A stretch of 63,961 nucleotides of DNA, counting the filler, from Nemertoderma westbladi (Eukaryota; Animalia; Xenacoelomorpha): the NCBI GenBank assembly GCA_032718475.1. It is 3 parts of 3 records of this genome, joined end to end, with 100 filler letters (N's around TTAATTAATTAA, not from the genome) between each part and the next. Parts side by side here need not be neighbours in the genome. Positions count along the whole stretch, not along the records: positions 1 to 29,481 come from JAUCBJ010000549.1; 2 more parts are not named here. The stretch is one strand, 5' to 3'. The position numbers and the translations under genes were made by a program. The stretch's first letter is position 1, and each line of letters starts with the position of its first letter. The notes under the pieces were generated by a model. That model worked only from the letters and a program-made list of their open reading frames with translations, was not told where the DNA came from and did not search any database. Shown here piece by piece: positions 11,836 to 25,218 of the stretch.

Positions 11836-12800
11836 TGTTAGTTCATATATTATTTAGTCATGATGCAAATAGCGTTGACGATGACGATGGAGTGATAGCA
11901 TTACGAAGTTACGAAATTTAGGATAATTTTTATTTATTTTATAATTTAATAGTTTAATTTATTAGTGATACGCAACTATATTGGAATTAAAGTTCACTTA
12001 ACATATATGAAGTTTTAATTTTCTAGCTAGTGTGTTTTTTGATTTGCACATTTTAAATTCTGTTTTTAGTGAGTTCCATATGATTGCACCGCTGTATTTT
12101 AGAGAGTTTTGAGTTGATATTAGTCTGGTACGTGGAATAAAGTAGTTTTTGGATGTAGTGGATCGAATTGTATAATTGTGGATATCTGAAGTTTGTGTAA
12201 ATAGGGCCGTTATAAATTGCTTTTTTTGTTATTGTAAATGTCCCACATAAGTTTTGTTACTTCTAGGTTATATAGATTTTCGATTGGCAAGATATTAAGG
12301 TATTTATAGATCGGAATGGAATGAGCTTGGAAGTGGTTGAAGGTTATTGCTCGTATTATTTTATTTATTTTGACACGGATTGGATTTATATATTTGTTAT
12401 AAGCACTTCCCCACAATATTATACCATATAATATGTAAGGATGGATTAGCGAGAAATATAACATTTTTAATACTTTTAGTGGTAGTATGTGTCTAATTTT
12501 ATAAAATATACCGCATGATTTAGAGATTTTTTTTAGGACGTAAGCACAATGGTTTTTCCAGGTCAATTTATTATCTATCCAGATGCCTAAAAATTTTGTT
12601 TCAGTTTTGATGTTTATATTTGCATTATTGATCTTGATAGTGTCTGAGGGGGGATTCTTTAATTTATTTGAGAAAATGAGATATTCTGTTTTTTTTAGAT
12701 TTAATGATAGTCTGTTGTCTTTTAGCCATTCGTCTAGTTTCTGTAGTTCGTCATTGATAGTGGAAATTAACGTATTTAAGATGCTATCCTTGTATGTATC
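11836..12800 (-). mobile_element. 5'-truncated CR1/L2/Crack-type LINE, RT C-terminal region
   Basis: KFLGIWIDNKLTWKNH...KISKSCGIFYKIRHILP...LYFSLIHPYILYGIILWG; the 3' UTR may continue to about 11375. Confidence 0.8.
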
Positions 12801-12804
12801 CTAG

Positions 12805-13990
12805 TAGTGCTCCTTCAGCTTACTGAACATTTCGTCTGTCATTTCCTCCTGGGGAGCACGGTTCTTGGTAAGCTTCCAGAACTTTACATCATCGCATCTC
12901 TGCAGGACTCTACCAACTCAGTAATATGATCAGAATATTCAATTCTACTGAGCTTCATAGCAACTTGATTGTATCTCCTTATGGCAGCCCAATAACCTAT
13001 GTAGGAGACATTAGAGGGATCCTTTATACTGCCTTGATTGATCCAGATCTCCTTTGGCCTGACAGCGATACATTTTAGTTTGCCAAGACTGGCGTTGTCA
13101 GCATGAGATTTCCATCTAGAGTTTACAGATCTTGGTTTCCTATTATCAATAAAGCTGGTTGGAATGTAAACATCGGATGTTTTCCTCAGGACATCAATAT
13201 GACTTTATCCAATACAATATCTGCATCGTGTCGAATAATTGTTATAGGGCTTGATAAAGGATGATAAGTTTCGCGGATACAACCTTGCGATACTGTTCAA
13301 GCTGTTTTGTGATTGCTTTACTGAAATATAAAATTTTTCTCTTGTATGTGCGATGAGATGATGCGGTCCAATTATCGTTCTGTCGTTTGGCTGAAAGACT
13401 CAATGTTGTTCTAACTGGAGTGTGGTCTGAGAGATTACTTGGAACCAACCCAAAGACCATGCTAGATGTTATATTTGGAGCAATATCTTGTGACAAAAGT
13501 ATGTGGTCAATGTAAGAAGATCTTTGCACAATACCATTTGATTTAAAGAAAAAAGTTGAAAGCAGTTCATTTGGAGCAAAACAAAAATTGCTAACCACCA
13601 AACCATGGGGTTGTGCTACATTTTGAACAAATATGTCACCAAAACAGGAGGTTGCAGTGTTGACGTTTCCACTGTCACTACTCATACATTGATATCTCCT
13701 AAAACAACTACTGGGATGTTTTGAGTTCTATCATCAATCAATGTTGCCAGTCTCGCACACTGTTGTAATATGTTAAAATCCTTATCAGATGGAAGGTTGC
13801 AGTCAGCTGGCATGTAGACAGCCATAAGCGCGATATCCATAATAGTTGGGTGATTCTTTAGTTCCACAGCAATGATGCGGTCTTGAGTTAGTTGCGACTG
13901 GTAAATTTATCTTCGACTGCATCAAGTCATGTCATCCCGCATTAACAACATGTTGCCACCCTGAGGCCGGCCCTTGAAGAGCAAGTATGT
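12805..13990 (-). pseudogene. decayed LINE apurinic-like endonuclease and linker
   Basis: GRPQGG, AVYMP, VVLGDIN, SYIDHILL and SDHTPV motifs with frameshifts. Confidence 0.75.
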
Positions 13991-15213
13991 CAGGCTTATG
14001 TCTATCAATTAAGGTTTAATTTTTATTTTTTATATTTATTTTTATTTTAATAAAGTTTACCAAGAACATAATTCATTCAATCCCCTCCCCCCCCCCCCCC
14101 CCCCCCGGCGTTTTTATATTTATTACTATTTTATTTTTCATACATACTTATAATACGGTATATTGATCTATTTATTTTCAGTGACACCTTTGTTTTTATC
14201 CTGATACCTGTGTTTCTTGGATCTATCATACATACTTATAATATTTTATTTATTTTTACTTCATCTTTGAACTATTCCAAATATTTTACTGTATGCCTAC
14301 GGGGTTTCTTTTGTAATAATTATTATTTTAACTCGTCGTCCTTAACTTTTTAGGTCCGCGTAGCGAGACCTCTAGTATTCACTCTGTTGTTGTTGGCGTT
14401 GTTGTTGTTTTTATCCACTTTGGTTTTGGCTCCATACGGCGCGGTACCGAGTTCAATCCCCTATTCCGGTGAATGTTTTTTTGTTGTAAGATTGATAGTA
14501 CAGTAAGTCATTCAAGGAGACATTTCATACGTTAGTAGAACAGTACCTTTGCGCGATTTCGCGCTTGTTATTCATGTAATTAATTTTATATTTTGCCTGA
14601 TTAATTTGATATTTCCGCAATAATAAAATATACCAACTTCTATTTAAGTGTAATTTTAACCTGAGTTTTTTTTTATCTATTCCAGCCAAACATTTTATTA
14701 TATTTATATTGTATTTTATTTGTTTGTTACCTCCTACGTACCTTTTAATTACAACACTGTGGTGCTTTTAACTTAGATTGACTTTGATTTTATTTATAAT
14801 GAACGTACAGTACAATTTCATACATTCGAATTGCATTCTGTTATTTAATATTTTCCAATAATGTTACTGTTCATTTTATTTATAGTGTGTACGGGCCTTG
14901 GTACGGGCTCTATAAGCAATAGCTTCCTTATTCCCTATTACTGTACCATTAAACCATTACCATTAAACCATTACCATTAACACTAAAAGTAGTTGCGATC
15001 CCGATCAGTGACTCAGCAACAAACTATAATTTGCCAATTAATAGCTAATTCGTTGCATTGTATTATGCTGGTAAGGATCTAAATTTGCTTCCTTTCAAGC
15101 GTGATAATATTTACAGTAAAGGTATGCTGGCCTATGGGAATGACATTTCACATCAACAGAGTACCGGTAACACAGCTACGGTACAGCAATATATACAAGC
15201 TGGGATCTATGTT

Positions 15214-15409
15214 GAAGATCTAAGTTCCTATGGAAAGGATCTAAGTTCGTATGGGAAGGATCTAAGTTCGTATGGGAAGGATCTGAGTTCGTATGGGAAG
15301 GATCTAAGTTCGTATGGGAAGGATCTAAGATCGTATGGGAAGGATCTAAGATCGTATGGGAAGGATCTAAGTTCGTATGGGAAGGATCTAAGTTCGTATG
15401 GGAAGGATC
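15214..15409. repeat. 21-bp satellite (aaggatctaagttcgtatggg), left part
   Basis: About 9 units; resumes at 20880 after the L2 element. Confidence 0.95.
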
Positions 15410-15643
15410 GTATGGATCGTATAGTAAGGACTGTACTACACAGCTACAATTGCCCCAATAATTATACTTACTCACATCACTATTACTGTATACTCATTAT
15501 TATGATCTCTGCTTTCATCTACTGCTCTAATATCTATGGTAATCAACAACTGAATTACACTGACCTTGATTTATTTATTTGAAATAAACACTAATTAATT
15601 ATTACGACTACGCAAACGTTCAGCAATTAGCAACTGATTAGAT

Positions 15644-16771
15644 ATGCCTCCGCCGCGTGAGAGTCTGGGATCCTCCCAAGCTGCTGGGTCACGGCGGTCC
15701 GCTCCAGATAAACGGACTGCCGCCATACCTACCACTAAAGATGGATGAAAGACTTCGAGTAAATCGAATTCTCAGAACGGGAAGCGTAGCGATGGATTGT
15801 CGGAAATAGAAGTTCGTTGTAGCGGTTCCAATTGTGATGTTTTCATGGTTTGCATTGTGGACGACGAGCGGAATTTCGGTACCGTCGAATTCAACTGCGG
15901 TGCTTGCTCGGCTCGCAAGTTGCGCTCCATAACCAACGACGTCCACGACTTCGAGGTTCGTCTGACGGCGCGGTTGGAGTCACTGGAATCTAACGCCGCA
16001 ATGACGGATGATTTATCGAAAATGCGGTCTGAACTGGATGTTTGTTTGGACAGCTTCAAGTCCACCCAGGCAGATGTTCAAACTAAACTTGGTGAGATTG
16101 AGAATGCATCTAAAGCAGTGATTGAAGCTGCAACGGTAGTATCGGCGACCATGATTGTCGGAGAGGATGACAATGGCGCCACCCCCACCCCCCATTCATG
16201 GACCGAAATTGTAAAGAAAAACCGATCTACACTGAAGAAATTACAGGAGACAGTAGAGATGCAAAAATCTCCTATTAATTCTTCGGTATCGATCGAGAAG
16301 GCAATCCATCTAAACGATAAAAGGAAGTCCAACGTTGTTATTCATCGAGTCCCTGGAGACAACAGAGGCAATAGTGTGAATTAACAACGGCGCCATGACA
16401 GCGATTACTTAGAGGATAAACTCCGCAATAAGCTGTCGTTCCGTGAAATTATGCGATTGGGTAAACCCAGGGACGACGGTTCACCGAGACCACTACTGCT
16501 CACGTTTAATTCCGCTGAGGATGCTGATAGGGTTCTCTCGAGAAGGTATTTTGTTGATGGCGAATCTCGCTACTATTTCGACCGTGATATGTCGAAGTTC
16601 GAACGGGAATCGGAGTTTAAAGCGCGCCAACGTCGCCGTGACACACAACGTTCCCGTTCGATACAAACGGGGTCTGTCTCTGTAGTCAGTCTGCCGACTG
16701 AGACTGCCGAGGAGGAAGTCCTCGCGGTGCCGACCAATGGCACGGTAAGCGAAAGCGAATGAGTCAACTGA
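15644..16771 (+). pseudogene. L2 ORF1 (PHD-like Cys cluster, coiled coil, RRM) with in-frame stops
   Basis: One frame from ATG 15644 with stops at 15746, 16382, 16760 and 16769; motifs CSGSNC..C..FNCGAC, KRKSNVVIHRVP and RLGK...PRPLLLTF. Confidence 0.8.
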
Positions 16772-19700
16772 CTACCTACATCTACACCCACCAATACTGA
16801 TACTGGAACAGCTTCAAAACCACACAACAATGCTCTTCTTTGCATAGGGCTGTTCAATGCTAGATCAATTAACCAAAAAGCCGCAACAATGAAAGATTAC
16901 ATAGTCGACATGAAACTAGACATTCTGGCAGTTACCGAAACATGGCTGAAAGGGACTACGGTGGATGATGTTACTACAAGTGAAATCATACCTAATGGTT
17001 ATAAACTACAACATGTGCCAAGAACACATACGATTGGAGGTGGTGTGGGATGTGTATACGATACCACGCTGAATTTGAACTGTAGCCGGGACGAGTCAGT
17101 GAAATATAAATCATTCGAATATATTGAACTAACTATGTTATACATGGGGATATTATTCAGGTTCGTTATAATCTACCGTACCTGCCCCTCAAAGGAAAAT
17201 GGACTAAATATTAATATTTTTAATGGAGAATTCTGTGACATAATGCAGCGACTAGTTGTGTCCACTGGACGATTGATTATACTGGGTGATTTTAACTTCC
17301 ATGTTGACGATAAATGTGATAGAGATGCTACGGCGTTTTTGGATCTGATTGGCTGTTTTGGATTAGAACAGTTTATAAATGAACCGACTCACTCGAGAGG
17401 TCACACACTGGACTTAGTATTGACGCTCACGGACGACGATATGAAAGTTAAAGACATATTTGTGAGTGATATTGGTTTGTCGGACCATTACCTTGTTAAA
17501 GTTTAATATCGACTTGGTGAAGCCCAAATGTCCGATAGCCAATATTTCATATAGGAAAACAAAGTCTATTAACATAATGAACTTAATTGGTGATATCGAA
17601 AACACAGCCCTTATCAAAAATCCCAGCGATGATATCAAGGAATTGGTGAAACAATATACGGAGACCCTATCAGATGTACTTAACAAGCATGCCCCACTAG
17701 TACACAGTACCAAGGTTAAACGACCCTCAGCACAATGGTACAATGATACAATTACATTAGAGAAAAAGAAAAGGCGACAACTTGAACGTCTATTCAGGAA
17801 ATCCAAACTGAAAGTTGATCAACTTGCGTACAGGGAGCAGTGTCAGGTTGTGTCAAATGCACTCAACTACGCAAAGCAACAATACTATAAGGGAATAATA
17901 GAGTCGAATAAGGGAGATCAAAAGACACTATTCACTGTTCTCAATAAAATCTTATATCAAGAACGGAAGGCCAATCTCCCGAATTACGACAACGAGGAAG
18001 AGCTGGCTAACAGATTTGCAACATATTTCGACCAGAAGATATGCATAATTCGTGATGAATTGATGATGAATGTAAATTCTCAGACAAGGGGGTTAACATG
18101 TACAGATACTGTAACCGGCGCGGCTCATATCGGTGTCGGAGCTGCTGGAGCAGTTCACCCCGGTGTCGGAGCGGCTGGGGCGGTTCACCCCGGTGTCGGA
18201 GCTGCTGGAGCGGTTCACCCCAGTGTCGGAGCGGTTCACCCCGGTGTCGGAGCTGCTGGAGCGGTTCACCCTGGTGTCGGAGCGGTTCACCCCAGTGTCG
18301 GAGCTGCTGGAGCGGTTCACCCTGGTGTCGGAGCTGCCGGAGTGGTTCACCCCGGTGTCGGAGCAGTTTACCCGGGTGTCGGAACTGCTGGAGCGGTTCA
18401 CCCCGGTGTCGGAGCTGCTGGAGCGGTTCACCCCGGTGTCGGAGCTGCTGGAGTATCCATCCCGGTGTCGGAGCAGTTCACCCGGTGTTGGAGCTGTCGG
18501 AGTGGTTCACCCCGGTGTCGGAGCTGTCGGAGCGGTTAACCCCTGTGTCGGAGCAGCCGGAGCGGTTCAACTCGGTGTCGGAGCTGCTGGAGCGGTTCAC
18601 CCCGGTGTCGGAGCGGCTGGAGCGGTTCACCCTGGTGTCAGAGCTGCTGGAGCAGTTCACCCCGGTGTCGGAGCTGCTGGAGTGGTTCACCCCGGTGTCA
18701 GAGCTGCCGGAGCAGATCACCCCAGTGTCGGAGCTGCTGGAGCGGTTCACCCCGGTGTCAGAGCTGCTGGAGCGGTTCACCCCTGTGTCGGAGCTGCTGG
18801 AGCGGTTCATCCCGGTGTCGGAGCGGTTCACCCCGGTGTCGCGGGGAGAAGACTCAGCAAATTCGATGAGATAACGGTGGAGGAGGCAGACAAATTAATA
18901 CGCGATTCAAGGACAAAATCAAGTCCACGGGATCCGCTACCTACATGGTTGCTGAAACTTTCAATCGCACCGCTACTTCTGGTTATAACGCTAATTATAA
19001 ATATTTCGTTGTCCGCTGCAAAGATGCCAGGGTGTCTGAAAGAGGCTGTCCTCACACCTGTCCTAAAGAAGGCTAGGTTAAACATGGAATTCCTCAAGAA
19101 TTTTCGACCAGTATCCAACTTGCTATTCATATCAAAACTAGTAGAGAAAGTAGTGGGAAGTCAATTAATGCGTCACATGAACTTACACAATTTGGATGAA
19201 GACATGCAAAGCGCTTACAAGAAATATCACGGTACTGAAACTGCATTATTAAATGTCATGGACGACATACTCACTGGCATCGATGGAGGATCAGCGTGTC
19301 TGCTCGTTGCTTTGGATCTTTGTGCGGCGTTCGACACTGTCGAACACATCAAACTGCTCGATATTCTGGAATGTGAAATAGGGATTGATGGTTTGGCTCT
19401 AGAATGGTTCTGGTCATACCTATCGGAACGTTCGCAGCAGGTGCGCATTGGGGAATCGTATTCGAATAGTTTTGCACTCAAATACGGACTACCGCAGGGC
19501 TCTGTCCTTGGGCCACTACTATTCCGAATATACACCCGGTCTCTATCGTCTGTCATTAAGCGGTATGAGTTGTATTACCATTTCTATGCTGATGATACGC
19601 AATTGTACATTGTTTTTAAACGAGATGAGTTGACAAATGCCGTCGATATCTTGGAAAATTGCCTTAGAGACATACAACAGTGGATGCGTGAGTATTTCCT

Positions 19701-20421
19701 AAAGCTAAATACCGATAAAACAGAAATTATTCTACTCCAATCAAGGTTCGGTCCGCAAGTTGATGCACCTGTTATTACAGTTGGTAACGATACTGTGGGA
19801 TGCAGCACTTCAGCACGAAACATTGGCCTTATAATAGACTCTCATTTAACACTCGTGAAACAAGTGGGGGTGATTGTTAGAGAATCATTTTTCCACCTTC
19901 GGCGCCTATCAAAGATAAAACGTTACATGAGTAAAGAATGTCTACAGATTTTAATACACACGTTTATTTTAAGCAAAATTGACAATAACAACTCACTGTA
20001 TTATGGACTACCAGGTACGGTGTTGAAGAGACTACAATATGTACAAAACTCGGCCGCTAGATTAGTTGCAGGGGTTAAGAAACGAGACCACATAACGCCA
20101 ACCTTACGTGCACTTCACTGGTTACCTGTATGTCGCCGAATAGAATACAAAATTGCATTGATAACGTATAAATGTCTACACGGTATGGCGCCTGACTATT
20201 TGACGAAACGGCTGACCCCATACGCTCCTACTAGAAACTTACGGTCCAGTGATCTAGAGTTGCTCCAACCCTCGCGCTATAGACTTAGAGGGCATTCTTC
20301 CGTCGCTGCTCCCACCATATGGAACTCACTGCCTGTGGAACTCCGACAAACCGTTACAATCGGAGCATTTAAGAAAAAGTTAAAAACGCATTATTTTAAA
20401 TTGGAATATAACAATGATTAA
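16772..20421 (+). pseudogene. L2 ORF2 (endonuclease-reverse transcriptase) with two frameshifts
   Basis: FNARS, VTETWL, LGDFN, SDHY, PQGSVLGPLLF, YADD; frameshifts near 17500 and 18455. Confidence 0.9.
18115..18843 (+). repeat. GC-rich coding minisatellite in ORF2 (30-bp GVGAAGAVHP and 21-bp GVGAVHP units)
   Basis: Unit ggtgtcggagctgctggagcggttcacccc, about 25 copies. Confidence 0.95.
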
Positions 20422-20879
20422 TTTTTTATAGGCAATATAACTCCGCCAGCGTTCTTTTTCAATCACCCTTCGCATTCATTAGTTTCAACTCGGCCAGCCG
20501 TTATGTTTGTTCTTAACCCAGATCTTGTCCGTTTTTTAATTAACGCATATTTTTTTAATTCATTGATTGCTTTAAGTTGAAGCGCCTAGAATATATAGCC
20601 CATAGAATTACAGCATATCTGTACATGTTTGATCTAGCACTAATTTATCACGGCTTGAATAGCATCGCCAATAACATTTTACTTCAATTGATCGTTTTTA
20701 ATCATGTTTTTAAGTTACAACCCATGTTTTTAGCTAACTGTTTAACGTAATTTAGTATTTAGTAAATTTGGTCTGTATATTGTGGTTGTATTGTGCAGTT
20801 CTGTTGTACCAAGCGCCTTGATCTACTGCACTTTTGTAAAGGCGCTATATAAATCATTATTATTATTATTATTATTATT

Positions 20880-21142
20880 AAGGATCTAAGTTCGTATGGG
20901 AAGGATCTGAGTTCGTATGGGAAGGATCTAAGTTAGTATGGGAAGGATCTGAGTTCGTATGGGAAGGATCTAAGTTCGTATGGGAAGGATCTGAGTTCGT
21001 ATGGGAAGGATCTAAGTTAGTATGGGAAGGATCTGAGTTCGTATGGGAAGGATATAAGTTAGTATGGGAAGGATCTAAGTTCGTATGGGAAGGATCTGAG
21101 TTCATATGGGAAGGATCTGAGTTCGTATGGGACGGATCTAAG
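20880..21142. repeat. 21-bp satellite, right part
   Basis: About 12 units, same consensus as 15214-15409. Confidence 0.95.
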
Positions 21143-24130
21143 TGTAAAAGCTTTTGTGGGATAACTGATACGTTTGCCTTTGCTGGCCAGTTCCCCCCCA
21201 GGCGCTGGAATACTCTAAAAAAGGTTTTCTAGCTGTATATATATTCCCCTCGCCCGCAAGGTACCTTTACAGGGGTTTTAACGGACATAAAAGTAATTCT
21301 GCTATATACGTGTTTTAGTGGACATGGTAAGACAAAAAACTTGTAATGCACCAACCACCTTTCACAGTTTAGCCGTGATGATTCATATTACGACATCTAG
21401 CAGCTGGTTGCTGACATGGAAACAGCCATTGGCCGCGTGGTTCTTTGTTTGGCTTGGGCCAATCAGGGCGGTTTTTCCTGTCGACGTGTAGCTTTTCTGC
21501 CGATCATAAGGAGAGTGTTCAGTCTTACTGTTTTTTCTTGATACTTTGTTGTTATTGCTGTCTAAGCCAGAAACACCGGCATTTTTGGATAGATACTGCT
21601 GTACCGTAAACTGCTTGAATTATCGAAAGTATAAACTGTTACCTAATCTAACGAAACGAACTCACTGACTTAAATCACTCATCTCACCTTGATACTTCTA
21701 ACTCATTAATCATATTGTTTGTACTGTTATTTTACCGTCAGTTATTAATTGTAAATATTTGTTGATGGAAATATCGCTATTTGGATAATACGGATAAATC
21801 ACCCAATTCCCAATTTTCTTGATAACACTACAGGTTAGAGAGACCGGCTATACATAACAATTGCGATTTATATTAATGTGGTGTGTATTGAATCCAATGT
21901 TATTTAGCAGACCCTACGTGAGTCAATTACTGCTCTCTTTATGTGTGATCAAATGTACTGACTGTCGGCAGAATAGTGTGTATGATTGTGATTGGTAACA
22001 AAGTATTTCCTAAAGAATACGCTTTATACTTCAATCCCAAGCAGTATCGTTGCGTTTAGTATAAGTCTTAGTTCTGTTTAAATAGATAAAGCGCCACGTC
22101 CTAAAGGAACTGTTAATATTTCCCGAAAGCCAATAATATCTGTCAGAGATTAATTATTAACGATCTATCGAATAATACATTAGGTATACACTGCAACCTT
22201 ACACTGTAATAATACAATTCAAGCATCCGAATTCAGTCTCCCGGGTGTAGATCCATCGGGTGAATGATCGCGCATGGGCTGATTTCGGCTAATGTTTTGC
22301 GTATTAGCATAAATTATTGTCGTATGCTAAAGTGGTTTTAATTAACTAAAAGACATATAAAATTTGGCAGGTTAAACTGCTAAAGGTCTTCAAAAGCGCG
22401 AACAGTAACAGTTTATATTGTATTGCAGTGTAAGCATTAAATACAGCTTAATACTGTTCTGTCGAACAGTAACAGTTTATAAATCTTATTGCAGTAGGCA
22501 ATAAGGTTGCAAGTGTAGGCATTAAATACAGTTTAATACTGTTCTGACGAACAGTAACAGTTTATAATCTTATTGCAGTAGGCAATAAGGTTGCAAACTA
22601 CCGTAGTGACTGGTAAAACTGAACCGGTACTTTGTAGGTCAGTAGGCCTAACTGTCATCACCGGTACCGGTACTGCTGTACAAGTACATTTAGTATTATT
22701 CGATTTGATTATTGTATACTGGTAGGTCTTAGTACTTAATCAGGGACTGCAGCCCTGAATTTTTATTGAGATTTTACCTATTTCTGTCGGTTTTATTTCC
22801 TAGTAGGCTAATATTGAGCAGAAGGCGTGTGACCCTGCTCAGATTGTTCAGATAATTGTAGGCTGAGCTGCTGTCTGACTGTTGTTGAGTTTGGAGAGAT
22901 TACGGCGTGTGTAGAGTTTGTCTGATAAAGTGCCGTTAGTAAGTTGGGGCAGTCATAACTGTAAGGTCAATCCCCTCTTAAAGAGTAAGTCGTACTACCG
23001 TGTTAGCACGCATACTAACTAACAGTTTCAGAGTCTGCATATACTGTAGTTTATCTAGGCTTGATCGTAGTCTGCCAGTGTTTTAGCCTGTGTTTGTTTG
23101 TGTGGTCTGTTCAGGTACCGTAATAGTTATTACTCAAATATTTGTAGGCTGGATTGTTGTCTAGCTATTTTTTGGGTCTGAAGGGATTGCTGCGTGTGTA
23201 GAGTTGGTCTGATCAAGTGCCGTTAGTAAGTTGGGGCAGTCAACACTGTAAGGTCAATCCCCTCTTAAAGAGTAAGTCGTACTACCGTGTTAGCACGCAT
23301 ACTAACTAACAGTTTCAGAATCTGCACATACAGTAGTTTGTTTAGGCTTGATAGTAGTCTGCCAGCGTTTGGTTTGTATTTGTTTGAGTATTCTGTACGG
23401 GTAGCGTAATATTTATTATTCAGAGTTTATGCGATTATTCGCAACATTCATGTCCCCAAGTTTATTCCTACAGTAATTGTGCTTGTTATACATACCGTTA
23501 TAGTTAAACTAACCCCGGTACTACATCAGGGCTGCTTGGCGTAGGTAAAGACTGACGACTTTGTGCTTCGGTCACTCCAGCAGATGCCGTGGTTCTTTTA
23601 ACTGTTCAAGTATATTTAACTACTGATTATTTGTTATACCGGTACTTGTACCTAATTTAGGGTTTAGAGTACAGTGCCTTCCGAAGTAATTAGTGTAGGC
23701 AGTATTTTTGTGTTGTAAAGTGGTTGATAGGCACATTCGTTAGCTCTATTAGCTTCTGGGTAGGAACAATCCGTGATACATAACGTAGTACCTATAGCGA
23801 TACGGTTATAGGTCGTCAGGCGGTGGTATTTTCCTATCTGGACAGTACAATATATTTACTACTACTTATTATTTAAATACCGTAGTACCCTGTCCTTTGT
23901 AATAGCCAGAAATCTAACCCTTTGTTGGACTGGTTTGTAGACTTCCTGTAAAATTACCCTAAAAATTTCGTACGTAATATTTTGTTGTGTTTAATTAGAG
24001 AATTAATCTCACCCGTATCGTAAGTAATTCGTAGTATTAAGTAACTTAGGTAAATTAGAATTATCAGTTTTAGTGTCAAATAAATAGCACTTCACTGAGA
24101 AGCGTTCAGCTTCGGGGACGTCTATTTACA
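21143..24130 (+). mobile_element. candidate long solo LTR
   Basis: TGTAAA...TTTACA termini abut satellites on both sides; CCAAT box and TCAGT initiator-like motif near 21460-21525; AATAAA near 24079; 287-bp internal direct repeat (22905/23192); no ORF and no TSD. Confidence 0.45.
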
Positions 24131-24262
24131 CCAAAAACACACAAAAACACACAAAAACACACAAAAACACACAAAAACTCACAAAAACACACAAAAACAC
24201 ACAAAAACTCACAAAAACACACAAAAACATACAAAAACACACAAAAACAGACAAAAACATAC
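24131..24262. repeat. (caaaaacaca)n 10-bp satellite
   Basis: About 13 units; same family and orientation as 28237-29481. Confidence 0.9.
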
Positions 24263-25218
24263 GGCATATATATGAAATGCCTGCAAAGGTAATTATCATT
24301 GCGGTTTGGGTTGTTGTCTGTTTGTATGCCTGTTTGTCTGTGTGGATGTAATTAATTGTAATCCAAAACGCAATAGTCAGATAGTTATTGCTGAAATACC
24401 TATAGGCATAGTCCAGTAGGGTGTTTAGGCTGACGGGTCAGCCTAATCACCCAACTACACCCAACTACACCCAGCTACACCCAACTTTCACCCAACTACA
24501 CCCAACTTTCACCCAACTACACCCAGCTACACCCAACTTTCACCCAACTACACCCAGCTACACCCAACTTTCACCCAACTACACCCAACTTTCACCCAAC
24601 TACCACCCAACTACACAGCTACACACAACTTTCACCAACTACACCCAACTATACCACCCATCTACACCCAACTCTGCAAATACACCAAACTTCAACGTTC
24701 AACACAACAGCATCCAACTTACACCAAACTATACTGTATGGCACCTATCTTCCACAAATTACAATATGTACAGTAACAAACTCTGAACTTCTTTGAGGAA
24801 TTGCTGAGATATGAACTTTTAAAAGTTGCATGTACTCGTGCTGTATTTTGCCATCACTGCCCTGCAATTATGAAAATAACTAACTAACATTTTATTTTTA
24901 TTGCAGGTTGATTCTAGAATAATTGATGAATTTAGCAATAAATATACAAAGGAGAGACACAGAGACTATTGACGAACGATCCAGATACCTATAGATGTCT
25001 ACACATACCACGCATCAAAACTCCAAACTAAACTGGCGCTGTGGGATTGCGGTGAAAATGAAAACGGTATTGATACAAAGGAGGGTCACCGTCACAGCCT
25101 TAACGACGAAATCGCATTGGAAACTTCTGTTATGGGAATAGCAATGCAGATAATTCGTACAAAGTTAATGGACATAAGTTCTATATTATACAGTATGTTT
25201 AATGCAATTATAATAATG

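Larger units (their letters stand above)
15410..20879 (+). mobile_element. near full-length L2-clade LINE
   Basis: ORF1 plus ORF2 (EN and RT with YADDTQLY and HITPTLRALHWLP); 3' stem gcgcctt...aaggcgc followed by a (TTA)n tail; possible TSD aaggatc at 15403 and 20880. Confidence 0.92.

Noticed and set aside
11460-12800. Twin-priming inverted LINE insertion
   Set aside because: The poly(A) end lies between the two segments (tail-to-tail), which fits two independent insertions better.
15058-15582. ORF with (DLSSYGK)n repeats, and the 21-bp array as a possible CRISPR
   Set aside because: Head-to-tail satellite with no unique spacers, no cas genes and a eukaryotic context; the ORF runs on into the LINE 5' UTR.
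18098-18874. Alternative-frame repeat proteins (SPRCRSCW, FTPVSELLER)
   Set aside because: Only the GVGAAGAVHP frame connects to ORF2 on both sides; the others are by-products of a stop-free repeat.
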